DNA of 64,000 nucleotides from contig JBJOGR010000036.1 in the NCBI GenBank assembly GCA_046048135.1, forward strand, positions 4,164 through 68,163. Reading direction: 5' to 3'. Positions within the stretch are counted from its first letter, which is position 1. Each line of letters opens with the position of its first letter. Both the position numbers and the translations under genes were made by a program. Positions 36,455-45,022 of the stretch are shown here, in pieces. The notes below the pieces were generated by a model that saw only the letters and a program-made list of their open reading frames with translations, did no database searches and had not been told where the DNA came from. The stretch is from Actinomycetota bacterium (lineage in GTDB: Bacteria > Actinomycetota > Actinomycetes > S36-B12 > UBA5976).

Positions 36455-37210
36455 ATGCTTTTAGCAATAGATATCGGAAATACCAACACAGTTATTGGTT
36501 TATACGACAAAGAAAAATTAGTTAATCATTGGAGAATTAAAACTGATTCTCAGTCAACTGCTGATGAATTAATTCTTACTTATGAAGGTTTATTACAAAA
36601 TCAACCTGAAATAACAGGTATTTCCCTTTGCTCAACTGTGCCAGCAGTTTTAAGAGAAATGCGCTGGATGTTGCAACGTTACTTTAACGATATTAAAACT
36701 GTAATTATTGAACCAGGAACTAAAACTGGAGTTCCCATAAACACAGATAATCCAAAAGAAGTTGGTGCGGATCGAATTGCAAATTCTTTAGCAGTGTTTA
36801 CAAGACACGGAGGCCCTTCAGTCGTTGTCGACTTTGGTACTTCTACTAACTTTGATGTTGTTAGTAAAAGTGGAGAATTTTTAGGTGGTTCTTTAGCCCC
36901 AGGTATTGAAATTTCACTAGATGCATTAGCGAATAAAGCAGCACAATTAAGAAAAGTTGAATTTGTTAAACCCAGAAGTGTTATTGGAAAAAACACCGTC
37001 GAAGCATTGCAATCTGGTGCACTTTATGGATTTGCCGGTCAAGTAGATGGAATTATTGAAAGAATAATTGCAGAAATTGGTCCAGTAACTGCAGTGGTAG
37101 CAACTGGAGGTTTGGCACCACTTGTAGTTGAAGAATCTAGAACAATTACTCATCATGAACCCGACTTGACGCTGGAAGGCTTACGTTTAGTTTTCGATAA
37201 GAACAAGTAG
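36455..37210 (+). CDS. coaX: Type III pantothenate kinase
   Basis: IDIGNTNT, EVGADR, VDFGT, VATGG. Confidence 0.96.
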   Translation: MLLAIDIGNTNTVIGLYDKEKLVNHWRIKTDSQSTADELILTYEGLLQNQPEITGISLCSTVPAVLREMRWMLQRYFNDIKTVIIEPGTKTGVPINTDNPKEVGADRIANSLAVFTRHGGPSVVVDFGTSTNFDVVSKSGEFLGGSLAPGIEISLDALANKAAQLRKVEFVKPRSVIGKNTVEALQSGALYGFAGQVDGIIERIIAEIGPVTAVVATGGLAPLVVEESRTITHHEPDLTLEGLRLVFDKNK

Positions 37211-37221
37211 TCTTTACTTCT

Positions 37222-38724
37222 ATGGGTGAAGATACAAATTTAGATTTAAACGAACAAGAACTTATTCGTAGAGAAAAACTATCTAAATTACATGCTTTAG
37301 GAATTGATACCTACCCGGTTGGATTTGAACCAGATCACTCTTTAATACAGGTTAGAAATGAATTTAAAGATTTAGCCCCTGAATCAAAAACTGGAAAAAT
37401 AGTTTCAATTGCAGGTCGAGTGATGCTAAATCGCATAGCCGGAAAATTAATTTTTGCGACTTTACGAGATGGTTCAAGTGATTTACAAATAATGATCTCA
37501 GCAGATTCTGTTGGAGATGAATCATTGGATTTATGGAAAGAATTTGTTGATTTAGGAGATCTCGTAGGTCTTACAGGTGAAGTTGTTACAACTAAACGTG
37601 GCGAATTATCTGTTAAAGCAAGTAAATGGTTGATTACTGCAAAAGCTTTAAGACCTTTACCTGATAAGCATCATGGTTTGAATGATCCAGAGCAAAGAGT
37701 TCGTATGCGTTATGTGGATCTAATGGTTAGACCAGAAGCAAGAGAAATGTTGCATGTTAGATCTGAAGTTGTAGCAAGTGTGAGAAAAAGTTTAACTTCA
37801 AGAGGTTTTGTTGAAGTTGAAACTCCAATGCTTCAAGTACTTCATGGTGGAGCAAATGCCAGACCATTTAAAACTCATATAAATGCTTATGACATGGAAC
37901 TATTTTTAAGAATTGCACCTGAACTTTATTTAAAAAGATTATTAGTGGGTGGAGTTGATCAAGTTTTTGAAATAAATAGAAACTTTAGAAATGAAGGAGC
38001 AGATTCTTCACACAATCCAGAATTTACAATGTTGGAAATGTATCAAGCATATAGTGATTACGACAAAATGAGAGAGTTAACTCAAAATTTAATTCAAGAA
38101 GCAGCAAAATCTGTTTATGGAAAAGAAATTGCAAGACATTGGGATGATGAAGGAAACCACAAAGAATTTGATATTAGTGGTAATTGGCCAGTAGTAAAAG
38201 TGTATGTAGGTTTAAGTAAAGCAATTGGTGAAGAATTAAATTCTGAAACTGATGAAAAAACTTTAAGAAGTCACTGCGACAAATTAAAAATTTCTCATGA
38301 TCCTAAATGGACTAGAGGACAGGTTGTTTTAGAACTTTATGAACATTTATTAGAAGATAAAACAACATTGCCAACTTTTTATTGCGATTTTCCAACTGAT
38401 GTCGCACCTTTAACTAGACAACATCGTAAAGATCCAAAAATGGCTGAGCGTTGGGATCTAGTTGCATTTGGGGCAGAAATTGGCACAGGTTACACAGAAT
38501 TAAATGATCCAATTGAACAAAGAAATCGTTTAGTTGCGCAAGCAGAACTTGCAGCAGGTGGCGATGTTGAAGCTATGCAAATAGATGAGGATTTCTTAAG
38601 AGCTTTGGAATATGGAATGCCACCTGCAGGTGGTCAAGGGATGGGAATTGATCGAGTATTAATGATGCTAACTGGCAGAGGCATTAGAGAAACTGTGCTT
38701 TTCCCATTAGTAAAACCTCAATAA
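37222..38724 (+). CDS. lysS: Lysine--tRNA ligase (class II)
   Basis: LRIAPELYLKR, FRNEG, HNPEFT, EYGMPP.GG.GMGIDR. Confidence 0.98.
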   Translation: MGEDTNLDLNEQELIRREKLSKLHALGIDTYPVGFEPDHSLIQVRNEFKDLAPESKTGKIVSIAGRVMLNRIAGKLIFATLRDGSSDLQIMISADSVGDESLDLWKEFVDLGDLVGLTGEVVTTKRGELSVKASKWLITAKALRPLPDKHHGLNDPEQRVRMRYVDLMVRPEAREMLHVRSEVVASVRKSLTSRGFVEVETPMLQVLHGGANARPFKTHINAYDMELFLRIAPELYLKRLLVGGVDQVFEINRNFRNEGADSSHNPEFTMLEMYQAYSDYDKMRELTQNLIQEAAKSVYGKEIARHWDDEGNHKEFDISGNWPVVKVYVGLSKAIGEELNSETDEKTLRSHCDKLKISHDPKWTRGQVVLELYEHLLEDKTTLPTFYCDFPTDVAPLTRQHRKDPKMAERWDLVAFGAEIGTGYTELNDPIEQRNRLVAQAELAAGGDVEAMQIDEDFLRALEYGMPPAGGQGMGIDRVLMMLTGRGIRETVLFPLVKPQ

Positions 38725-38725
38725 A

Positions 38726-39226
38726 ATGTCAGAAATTCAAATAAGACCAGCAAAAACAAGTGATGTTTCAACTATTCGAAAATTAGTTGATACTTATGCT
38801 CCAGAAAGAAGATTACTTTCAAAAGCTACTGTGACCTTGTATGAAGCAGTTCCTGATTTTTTAGTTATTGAAAAAAATAATGCAATTATCGGAGCAGGTG
38901 CTGTGCATGTGTTGTGGGAAGATTTAGCAGAAGTTCGTACTGTTGCAATATTTCCTGAATTTAAGAATAAAGGTTTTGGATCTCAATTATTAAATGCACT
39001 TTTAGAAAAAGCAAAAAATTTAGGAGTTAAAAGAGTTTTTTGTTTAACTTTTGAAACAAAATTTTTTGCCAAACATGGTTTTCAAGAAATTGAAGGAACA
39101 CCTGTTGAGCCAGAAATTTATCAACAACTTCTTGAGTCTTACGACGTAGGAGTTGCAGAGTTTTTGGATTTAGACAAAGTTAAACCAAACACTTTGGGCA
39201 ACACCAGAATGATTAAACATTTGTAA
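38726..39226 (+). CDS. Amino-acid N-acetyltransferase, short GNAT-only ArgA-like
   Basis: LLSK..VTLYE, LWEDLAEVRTVA, VFCLTFE..FF..HGF. Confidence 0.85.
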   Translation: MSEIQIRPAKTSDVSTIRKLVDTYAPERRLLSKATVTLYEAVPDFLVIEKNNAIIGAGAVHVLWEDLAEVRTVAIFPEFKNKGFGSQLLNALLEKAKNLGVKRVFCLTFETKFFAKHGFQEIEGTPVEPEIYQQLLESYDVGVAEFLDLDKVKPNTLGNTRMIKHL

Positions 39227-39321
39227 TAATTTGCAAAAAGTGAAGAACCACTAAACCTTGTAGTTAACGTTACATTTTCCTACTACGTATAGGTGGCTTT
39301 GCCTTGTAATTTAGGTTGAAT

Positions 39322-39374
39322 TTGCTAAATAAATACAGACACGTACTATAGATATAGGAGAAAATAACTTCTCC
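39322..39374 (+). promoter_or_regulatory. Putative clpC promoter and 5'-terminal hairpin
   Basis: TTGCTA(39322)-N16-TACTAT(39344); GGAGAA-AATAAC-TTCTCC at 39357-39374. Confidence 0.5.
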
Positions 39375-39404
39375 CAAAAGTTGAGTTAAGGTGGCTTAAG
39401 TTAA

Positions 39405-41924
39405 ATGTTCGAAAGATTTACTGATCGAGCACGTCGTGTAGTAGTTCTTGCCCAAGAAGAAGCACGCATGCTTAACCACAACTACATCGGCACAGAACAT
39501 ATTCTTTTAGGTTTAATTCATGAAGGTGAAGGCGTAGCCGCTAAATCTTTAGAGTCATTAGGTGTTTCTTTAGAATCTGTTAGATCTCAAGTTGAAGAAA
39601 TAATTGGGCAAGGCCAACAAGCACCATCTGGACACATTCCGTTTACCCCAAGAGCAAAAAAAGTTCTTGAACTTTCTTTAAGAGAAGCATTACAACTAGG
39701 ACACAATTACATTGGTACAGAACATATTCTTTTAGGTTTAATCAGAGAAGGCGAAGGAGTTGCTGCTCAAGTATTAGTAAAACTGGGAGCAGATTTAAAC
39801 AGAGTTCGTCAACAAGTAATTCAATTACTTTCTGGTTATCAAGGTAAAGAACCATTAACTTCAGGAGCACCTAATGAAGGCACTCCTTCCACATCTTTAG
39901 TTCTTGACCAATTTGGCAGAAATTTAACTCAAGCAGCACGCGATGGAAAATTAGATCCAGTAATTGGTCGAGAAAAAGAAATTGAAAGAGTGATGCAAGT
40001 TCTTTCTCGTCGAACCAAAAATAATCCAGTTTTAATTGGTGAACCTGGTGTTGGTAAAACCGCAGTGGTTGAAGGTCTTGCCCAAATGATTGTTAGAGGA
40101 AATGTTCCAGAAACTCTAAAAGACAAACAGCTTTACACACTTGATTTAGGTTCTTTAGTTGCAGGTTCAAGATATCGTGGAGATTTTGAAGAAAGATTGA
40201 AAAAAGTATTAAAAGAAATCCGTACTCGTGGCGACATTATTTTGTTCATCGATGAAATGCACACATTAGTTGGAGCAGGTGCTGCTGAAGGTGCAATTGA
40301 TGCGGCATCAATTTTAAAACCAATGCTTGCTCGCGGAGAACTTCAAACAATTGGCGCCACAACTTTGGATGAATACAGAAAATATGTTGAAAAAGATGCA
40401 GCATTGGAAAGAAGATTCCAACCAATTCAAGTTCAAGAACCAAGTGTGGCTCACGCAATTGAAATTTTAAAAGGTTTAAGAGATCGCTACGAGTCTCATC
40501 ACAAAGTAACAATTACTGATTCTGCTTTAGTTTCAGCAGCTACTTTGGCTGATCGATATATAAATGATCGTCAACTTCCTGATAAAGCAATCGATTTAAT
40601 TGATGAAGCAGGAGCCCGTTTAAGAATCAACAGAATGACAGCACCTCCTGATTTAAGAGAATTCGATAACAAAATTGCTGATGTTAGAAAAGAAAAAGAA
40701 TCAGCTATTGATGCTCAAGATTTTGAAAAAGCCGCTGCTTTAAGAGATAAAGAAAAGACTTTAATCACTGAAAAAAATGAACGTGAACGTGAATGGAAAG
40801 CCGGAGATTTAGATGTCGTGGCTGAAGTAAATGATGATTTAATTGCTGAAGTTTTAGCAATGTCAACAGGGGTTCCTGTAGCAAAATTGACTGAAGCTGA
40901 ATCTCAAAGATTACTTCGTATGGAAGAAGAACTTCATAAACGAGTAATTGGTCAAGAAGATGCCATCAAAGCATTATCTAAATCAATTAGAAGAACCAGA
41001 GCTGGATTAAAAGATCCAAAAAGACCTGGTGGATCATTTATTTTTGCTGGTCCTTCTGGTGTTGGTAAAACTGAACTTTCAAAAACTTTGGCTCAATTCT
41101 TGTTCGGTGATGAAAATTCATTAATCATGCTTGATATGTCTGAGTATTCAGAGCGCCACACAGTTTCTAGATTGTTTGGTTCTCCTCCAGGATATGTCGG
41201 TTATGAAGAAGGTGGACAACTAACAGAAAAAGTTAGAAGAAAACCATTCTCTGTAGTTCTATTTGATGAAGTTGAAAAAGCTCATCCAGACATTTTCAAT
41301 TCATTACTTCAAATTTTGGAAGATGGAAAATTAACTGACTCACAAGGTCGCATGGTTGATTTCAAAAACACCGTAATCATCATGACTACAAACCTTGGAA
41401 GTAGAGATATTTCAAAAGGTGTAGGTCTTGGTTTTTCTGCAGGTGATGATGTCACAGGCAATTATGACCGCATGAAAGCAAAAGTTAATGAGGAATTAAA
41501 GCAACATTTCCGTCCAGAGTTCTTAAACCGTTTAGATGATGTGATTGTGTTTCATCAATTAACAAAACCAGAAATCCTACAAATTGTTGATTTGATGGTT
41601 GCTTCATTAGAAAACAGATTGAAAGACAAAGACATGGGAATCGTTTTAACTGATCAAGCAAAAGAATTGCTAGTTGATATGGGCTATGACCAAGCACTTG
41701 GTGCAAGACCTATGAGAAGAACAATTCAACGAGAAATCGAAGATGTTTTGAGTGAAAAAATCTTGTTTGGTGAATTAAAAGCTGGAAGTTTAGTTGTAGT
41801 TGGTGTTGAAGGAAAAGCTGCAGATCCTGATAAAAAGACAAGTGATTCTAGAAAATTTACTTTTACAAGTGAAGCAAAGCAAGCTTTACCAGATTCACCA
41901 CCAGTAAATTCTGCTGCAGAATAA
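39405..41924 (+). CDS. clpC: ATP-dependent Clp protease ATP-binding subunit ClpC
   Basis: [20 protein letters not shown], two N-domain repeats, [11 protein letters not shown]-like middle domain, GPSGVGKT. Confidence 0.98.
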   Translation: MFERFTDRARRVVVLAQEEARMLNHNYIGTEHILLGLIHEGEGVAAKSLESLGVSLESVRSQVEEIIGQGQQAPSGHIPFTPRAKKVLELSLREALQLGHNYIGTEHILLGLIREGEGVAAQVLVKLGADLNRVRQQVIQLLSGYQGKEPLTSGAPNEGTPSTSLVLDQFGRNLTQAARDGKLDPVIGREKEIERVMQVLSRRTKNNPVLIGEPGVGKTAVVEGLAQMIVRGNVPETLKDKQLYTLDLGSLVAGSRYRGDFEERLKKVLKEIRTRGDIILFIDEMHTLVGAGAAEGAIDAASILKPMLARGELQTIGATTLDEYRKYVEKDAALERRFQPIQVQEPSVAHAIEILKGLRDRYESHHKVTITDSALVSAATLADRYINDRQLPDKAIDLIDEAGARLRINRMTAPPDLREFDNKIADVRKEKESAIDAQDFEKAAALRDKEKTLITEKNEREREWKAGDLDVVAEVNDDLIAEVLAMSTGVPVAKLTEAESQRLLRMEEELHKRVIGQEDAIKALSKSIRRTRAGLKDPKRPGGSFIFAGPSGVGKTELSKTLAQFLFGDENSLIMLDMSEYSERHTVSRLFGSPPGYVGYEEGGQLTEKVRRKPFSVVLFDEVEKAHPDIFNSLLQILEDGKLTDSQGRMVDFKNTVIIMTTNLGSRDISKGVGLGFSAGDDVTGNYDRMKAKVNEELKQHFRPEFLNRLDDVIVFHQLTKPEILQIVDLMVASLENRLKDKDMGIVLTDQAKELLVDMGYDQALGARPMRRTIQREIEDVLSEKILFGELKAGSLVVVGVEGKAADPDKKTSDSRKFTFTSEAKQALPDSPPVNSAAE

Positions 41925-41925
41925 T

Positions 41926-42723
41926 TTAAGAATTACTTATTTCTTTAGCTCGCTTAATTGCAGCTGTTAGCGCTTTTTTCCAAATTTCTTTAAAATTATT
42001 TTGATCTAAATTTTCTAAGGCAGCTAAAGTTGTTCCTTTTGGTGAAGTTACTTTATTTCTTAAGTCACTTACATCTTCATTTGAATTTTCAAATAGGTGA
42101 GCAGCACCAATAAAAGTATTATTTACTAAAACTTGGGCAACGTCTTTCGATAATCCAAGATCAATTGCAGCTTGAGTTATTGCTTCAGTGACATAAAAAT
42201 AATAAGCAGGCCCAGAACCAGACGCAGCTGCTACTACATCAATCAAGTTTTCTTCAACAACTACGACTTTTCCAACACTTAAGAAAAGTTTTTGTGCTAC
42301 ATCTAAATCATTTTCTGTTGCGTTTTTTCCTTTAGCTAAACCTGTTACTCCCTTGCCCACAAGAGCTGGAGTATTTGGCATTGCTCTAATCACTTTTACT
42401 TTATTTTCAAATATTTTTTCTATACTTTCAGTTTTTACACCAACTGCCATTGAAATAAGTAATGCATTATTTTGTAAATTTTTCTTTATTTCAGGTAAAA
42501 CCTCATTTATATTTTGTGGTTTAACCCCAATAAATACCACATCACAATCTTTAATATCTTCAATCTTGTTGCTTGCATAAATGTTAAATTCTGAGGCAAT
42601 TTTCTTGCTTGAATCTGCTGATTTGGTAATTGCTACTAAGTCATTTTGTGCAAAACCAGATTTGATTAGACCTTTTATGACGGCTTGACCCATATTGCCA
42701 GCACCGACGAATCCAATTTTCAT
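41926..42723 (-). CDS. proC: Pyrroline-5-carboxylate reductase
   Basis: GAGNMG, VKPQ, RAMPNTP, SGSGPAY, VTSPKGTT. Confidence 0.97.
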   Translation of the reverse strand: MKIGFVGAGNMGQAVIKGLIKSGFAQNDLVAITKSADSSKKIASEFNIYASNKIEDIKDCDVVFIGVKPQNINEVLPEIKKNLQNNALLISMAVGVKTESIEKIFENKVKVIRAMPNTPALVGKGVTGLAKGKNATENDLDVAQKLFLSVGKVVVVEENLIDVVAAASGSGPAYYFYVTEAITQAAIDLGLSKDVAQVLVNNTFIGAAHLFENSNEDVSDLRNKVTSPKGTTLAALENLDQNNFKEIWKKALTAAIKRAKEISNS

Positions 42724-42804
42724 AATTTTTCTGCTCTTTTATTGTGACTTAGATGATAAGACTACTTCTCACAATCATTTATTAATACAAGTAGGCTCTG
42801 ACTT

Positions 42805-43599
42805 ATGACTGAATTTACAGGGGAATTCCCTCGTAGTTGGATTGAATTTATCGATCCAGAACACGATGAAACCATCATCAAAGCTGACTTAACTTGGCTT
42901 ACTTCTAATTGGGAATGCATTTTCGGTAGAGGATGTAAGGGTGTAGATAAAACACATCCAAATGATGGTTGCTGTAATCAAGGTGCGCATTTTTCTGAAC
43001 CAAGCGATAAAAAACGTGTTAGTAAATGGGTTGATAAATTAACTCCAGAGCTTTGGGAAAAAATAGATTATTCAAGAAATAAAAAAAGTTGGACAGAATT
43101 TGAAGATGGAGCAGAAAAAACAAAATTAGTAAAAGGAACTTGTATTTTTATGAACTCTCCAGAATTTGCGGGAGGACAAGGTTGCGCATTACATAAATTA
43201 GCAATGGTAAAAAATGTGAAAACTACAGAAACAAAACCAGATGTTTGTTGGCAATTACCAATAAGAAGAAGTTATGAAACAAGAGAATATGAAAATGGAA
43301 CAGATTATCAAGTAATAGTCATAGAAGAATATAGAAGAAAAAATTGGGGAGAGGGTGGAGAAACCATGGATTGGTATTGTTCATCAGATACAGAAGCTCA
43401 CCAAGCGTATGAACCTGTTTATATAAGTGAAAAAAATACTTTAATTGAATTAATTGGTAAAAAAAGTTATGAAATTTTGAAAAAACATTGTGATGAAAGA
43501 GTTAGTTTAATAAAAACACTCAAAAAACTTCCAGGAAGAAAAGCAAAACAAATTTTATTATCGATTAATCCTCATCCTGCAGATCTTTTAGTTGAATAA
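42805..43599 (+). CDS. Conserved Cys-rich protein (Rv0499/DUF3109/YkgJ-like putative Zn or Fe-S protein)
   Basis: WECIFGRGC, GCC..GAH, CIF, GCALH, KPDVCWQLP, WYC. Confidence 0.7.
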   Translation: MTEFTGEFPRSWIEFIDPEHDETIIKADLTWLTSNWECIFGRGCKGVDKTHPNDGCCNQGAHFSEPSDKKRVSKWVDKLTPELWEKIDYSRNKKSWTEFEDGAEKTKLVKGTCIFMNSPEFAGGQGCALHKLAMVKNVKTTETKPDVCWQLPIRRSYETREYENGTDYQVIVIEEYRRKNWGEGGETMDWYCSSDTEAHQAYEPVYISEKNTLIELIGKKSYEILKKHCDERVSLIKTLKKLPGRKAKQILLSINPHPADLLVE

Positions 43600-43679
43600 G
43601 TACTTTTTTCACAATTTCCCCATCCCTTCTTTTGGACCCAATAGCATGTCCTGGTCTCGCTAATTACCCCCCTCCTCTC

Positions 43680-43754
43680 TTGTGTTAACAAGTACCGAAG
43701 ATATACCGTTACATCACACGCAACTTAAGACTTAGGGAAGGTTTTAAGACGTGT
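43680..43754 (+). promoter_or_regulatory. Putative promoter and structured 5' UTR of the HTH gene
   Basis: TTGTGT(43680)-N18-TACCGT(43704); hairpin ACACG..CTTAAGACT-loop-GGTTTTAAG..CGTGT at 43716-43754, then AGAAAGAGG RBS. Confidence 0.5.
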
Positions 43755-43772
43755 AAGAAAGAGGCATCAAAA

Positions 43773-43979
43773 ATGGCTTCAAGCTCTGAAAGACCTTTAG
43801 GCGAAGTTCGTTTCTTGACTGTGGCAGAAGTTGCCTCATCAATGCGAGTATCCAAGATGACTGTTTACCGCTTAGTGCATTCTGGAACCATGCCAGCTGT
43901 TCGAGTTGGTAGATCTTTCCGTGTTCCGGAAGCAGCAGTGTCTGAATACTTGCGCGAATCATTCGTAGAGGCTGGCTGA
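43773..43979 (+). CDS. Small excisionase-family (HTH_17) DNA-binding protein (Rv0500A/BdtA-like)
   Basis: RFLTVAEVA..MRVSKMTVYRLVHSG..PAVRVGRSFRVP. Confidence 0.93.
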   Translation: MASSSERPLGEVRFLTVAEVASSMRVSKMTVYRLVHSGTMPAVRVGRSFRVPEAAVSEYLRESFVEAG

Positions 43980-43999
43980 TTTTCCCCTCAGCCAGCTTT
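43968..43999 (+). terminator. GC-rich stem-loop covering the HTH stop codon (terminator or 3' stabiliser)
   Basis: GAGGCTGGCTGA-TTTTCCCC-TCAGCCAGCTTT, 12 bp including two G-U pairs; weak U tail. Confidence 0.6.
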
Positions 44000-44024
44000 C
44001 CCCACTTTAAGGTTGTGGATTTAA

Positions 44025-44267
44025 ATAAAACCTCGAATAAAAGTCCTGGTAAAACCTGGTTGTCATCTTTGTGATGAGGCTTTAAAGGTAATTGCGGAAG
44101 TAAGTAGTGAATTAAATGAAACTTTTGAAGTAGTTGAAATACAAGATAATCCAGGGTTAATGCGCCAATACGCAGAAGAAATTCCAGTTACTTTTGTTGA
44201 TGAAAAACAACATGATTTTTGGCGAGTAGATAAAGAAAGATTAAAAAAAGCCCTTCTTAATGTCTAA
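44025..44267 (+). CDS. Glutaredoxin-like (DUF836/Rv0508-like) protein, missing from the ORF track; start unresolved
   Basis: Hand translation (I)KPRIKVLVKPGCHLCDEALKVIAEV...YAEEIPVTFVDEKQHDFWRVDKERLKKALLNV*; CxxC; directly upstream of rex; in-frame TAA at 44022-24. Confidence 0.8.
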   Translation: MKPRIKVLVKPGCHLCDEALKVIAEVSSELNETFEVVEIQDNPGLMRQYAEEIPVTFVDEKQHDFWRVDKERLKKALLNV

Positions 44268-44280
44268 TTTGTGAGAGGAT

Positions 44281-44298
44281 TTGTGCTTTTTTGCACAA
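44281..44298. promoter_or_regulatory. Rex operator-like palindrome upstream of rex
   Basis: TTGTGCTTTTTTGCACAA, 11/14 match to TTGTGAA-N4-TTCACAA, 5 bp before the TAACTT -10. Confidence 0.75.
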
Positions 44299-44316
44299 AT
44301 GTGTAACTTGGTACAT

Positions 44317-45009
44317 ATGCCATCAATACTCCCATCCTCAAAGTTAAGGATTGGCAGAACTTCAAAAATCTCTGAAGCAACAGTTTCAAGATTGCCTGCC
44401 TATTTCCGTGCCCTTTCCCAATTAGTAGACGCAAATCAAATCAGAGTCTCCTCTGAAGAGTTAGCAGCACTTACCGGGGTTTCTAGTGCCATGCTTCGAA
44501 AAGATCTTTCTCATCTTGGTTCATATGGAACAAGAGGAGTTGGATACGACGTGGAATTTTTGCGTTATCAAATTTCTCGTGAAATGGGATTAAATAACGA
44601 TTGGTCTGTAGTAATTGTGGGAGTGGGAAATTTAGGAAGAGCTTTAGCGCACTACGGCGGATTTGGCTCCCGTGGATTTAAAGTTGTTGCTTTAGTTGAT
44701 GCAGATCAAACTTTAATCGGCACAAAAGTTAAATGTGGCGCTGAAGGAAAAACTGTTGAACTTTTAGTGCATGCTCTAAGTGATTTAGAATCTGTAATTA
44801 AAGAAACCAAAGCTCGTTTAGGAGTAGTGGCAACACCAGCAGAAAGTGCTCAGGAAGTTTGCAATCGTTTAGTAAAAGCTGGCATTAGAAGTATTTTGAA
44901 TTTTGCTCCAGTTCATTTAACAGTAAATGATGGAGTAGATGTTAGAAAAGTTGATTTAGCTTCTGAATTACAAATACTTGCATTCCATGAACAAAGAAAA
45001 GCTGTTTAG
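44317..45009 (+). CDS. rex: Redox-sensing transcriptional repressor Rex
   Basis: ATVSRLPAY.R, SSEELA, LRKDLS.LGSYGTRGVGY, GVGNLG, ILNFAP; ATG 44317 preferred because 44281 lies in the operator. Confidence 0.96.
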   Translation: MPSILPSSKLRIGRTSKISEATVSRLPAYFRALSQLVDANQIRVSSEELAALTGVSSAMLRKDLSHLGSYGTRGVGYDVEFLRYQISREMGLNNDWSVVIVGVGNLGRALAHYGGFGSRGFKVVALVDADQTLIGTKVKCGAEGKTVELLVHALSDLESVIKETKARLGVVATPAESAQEVCNRLVKAGIRSILNFAPVHLTVNDGVDVRKVDLASELQILAFHEQRKAV

Positions 45010-45022
45010 CGAAAGGTAAAAA

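Noticed and set aside
43609..43647. Minus-strand 12-codon ORF MLLGPKEGMGKL
   Set aside because: Very short, strong SD-like tract too far upstream, no homology recognised
43773..43979. Excisionase-like HTH as a mobile element
   Set aside because: Matches the conserved actinobacterial Rv0500A/BdtA-type regulator at its normal locus; no integrase or att sites
43615..44003. 6C-type sRNA suggested by C-rich loops
   Set aside because: No pair of adjacent hairpins each with a six-C loop, and not the usual genomic context
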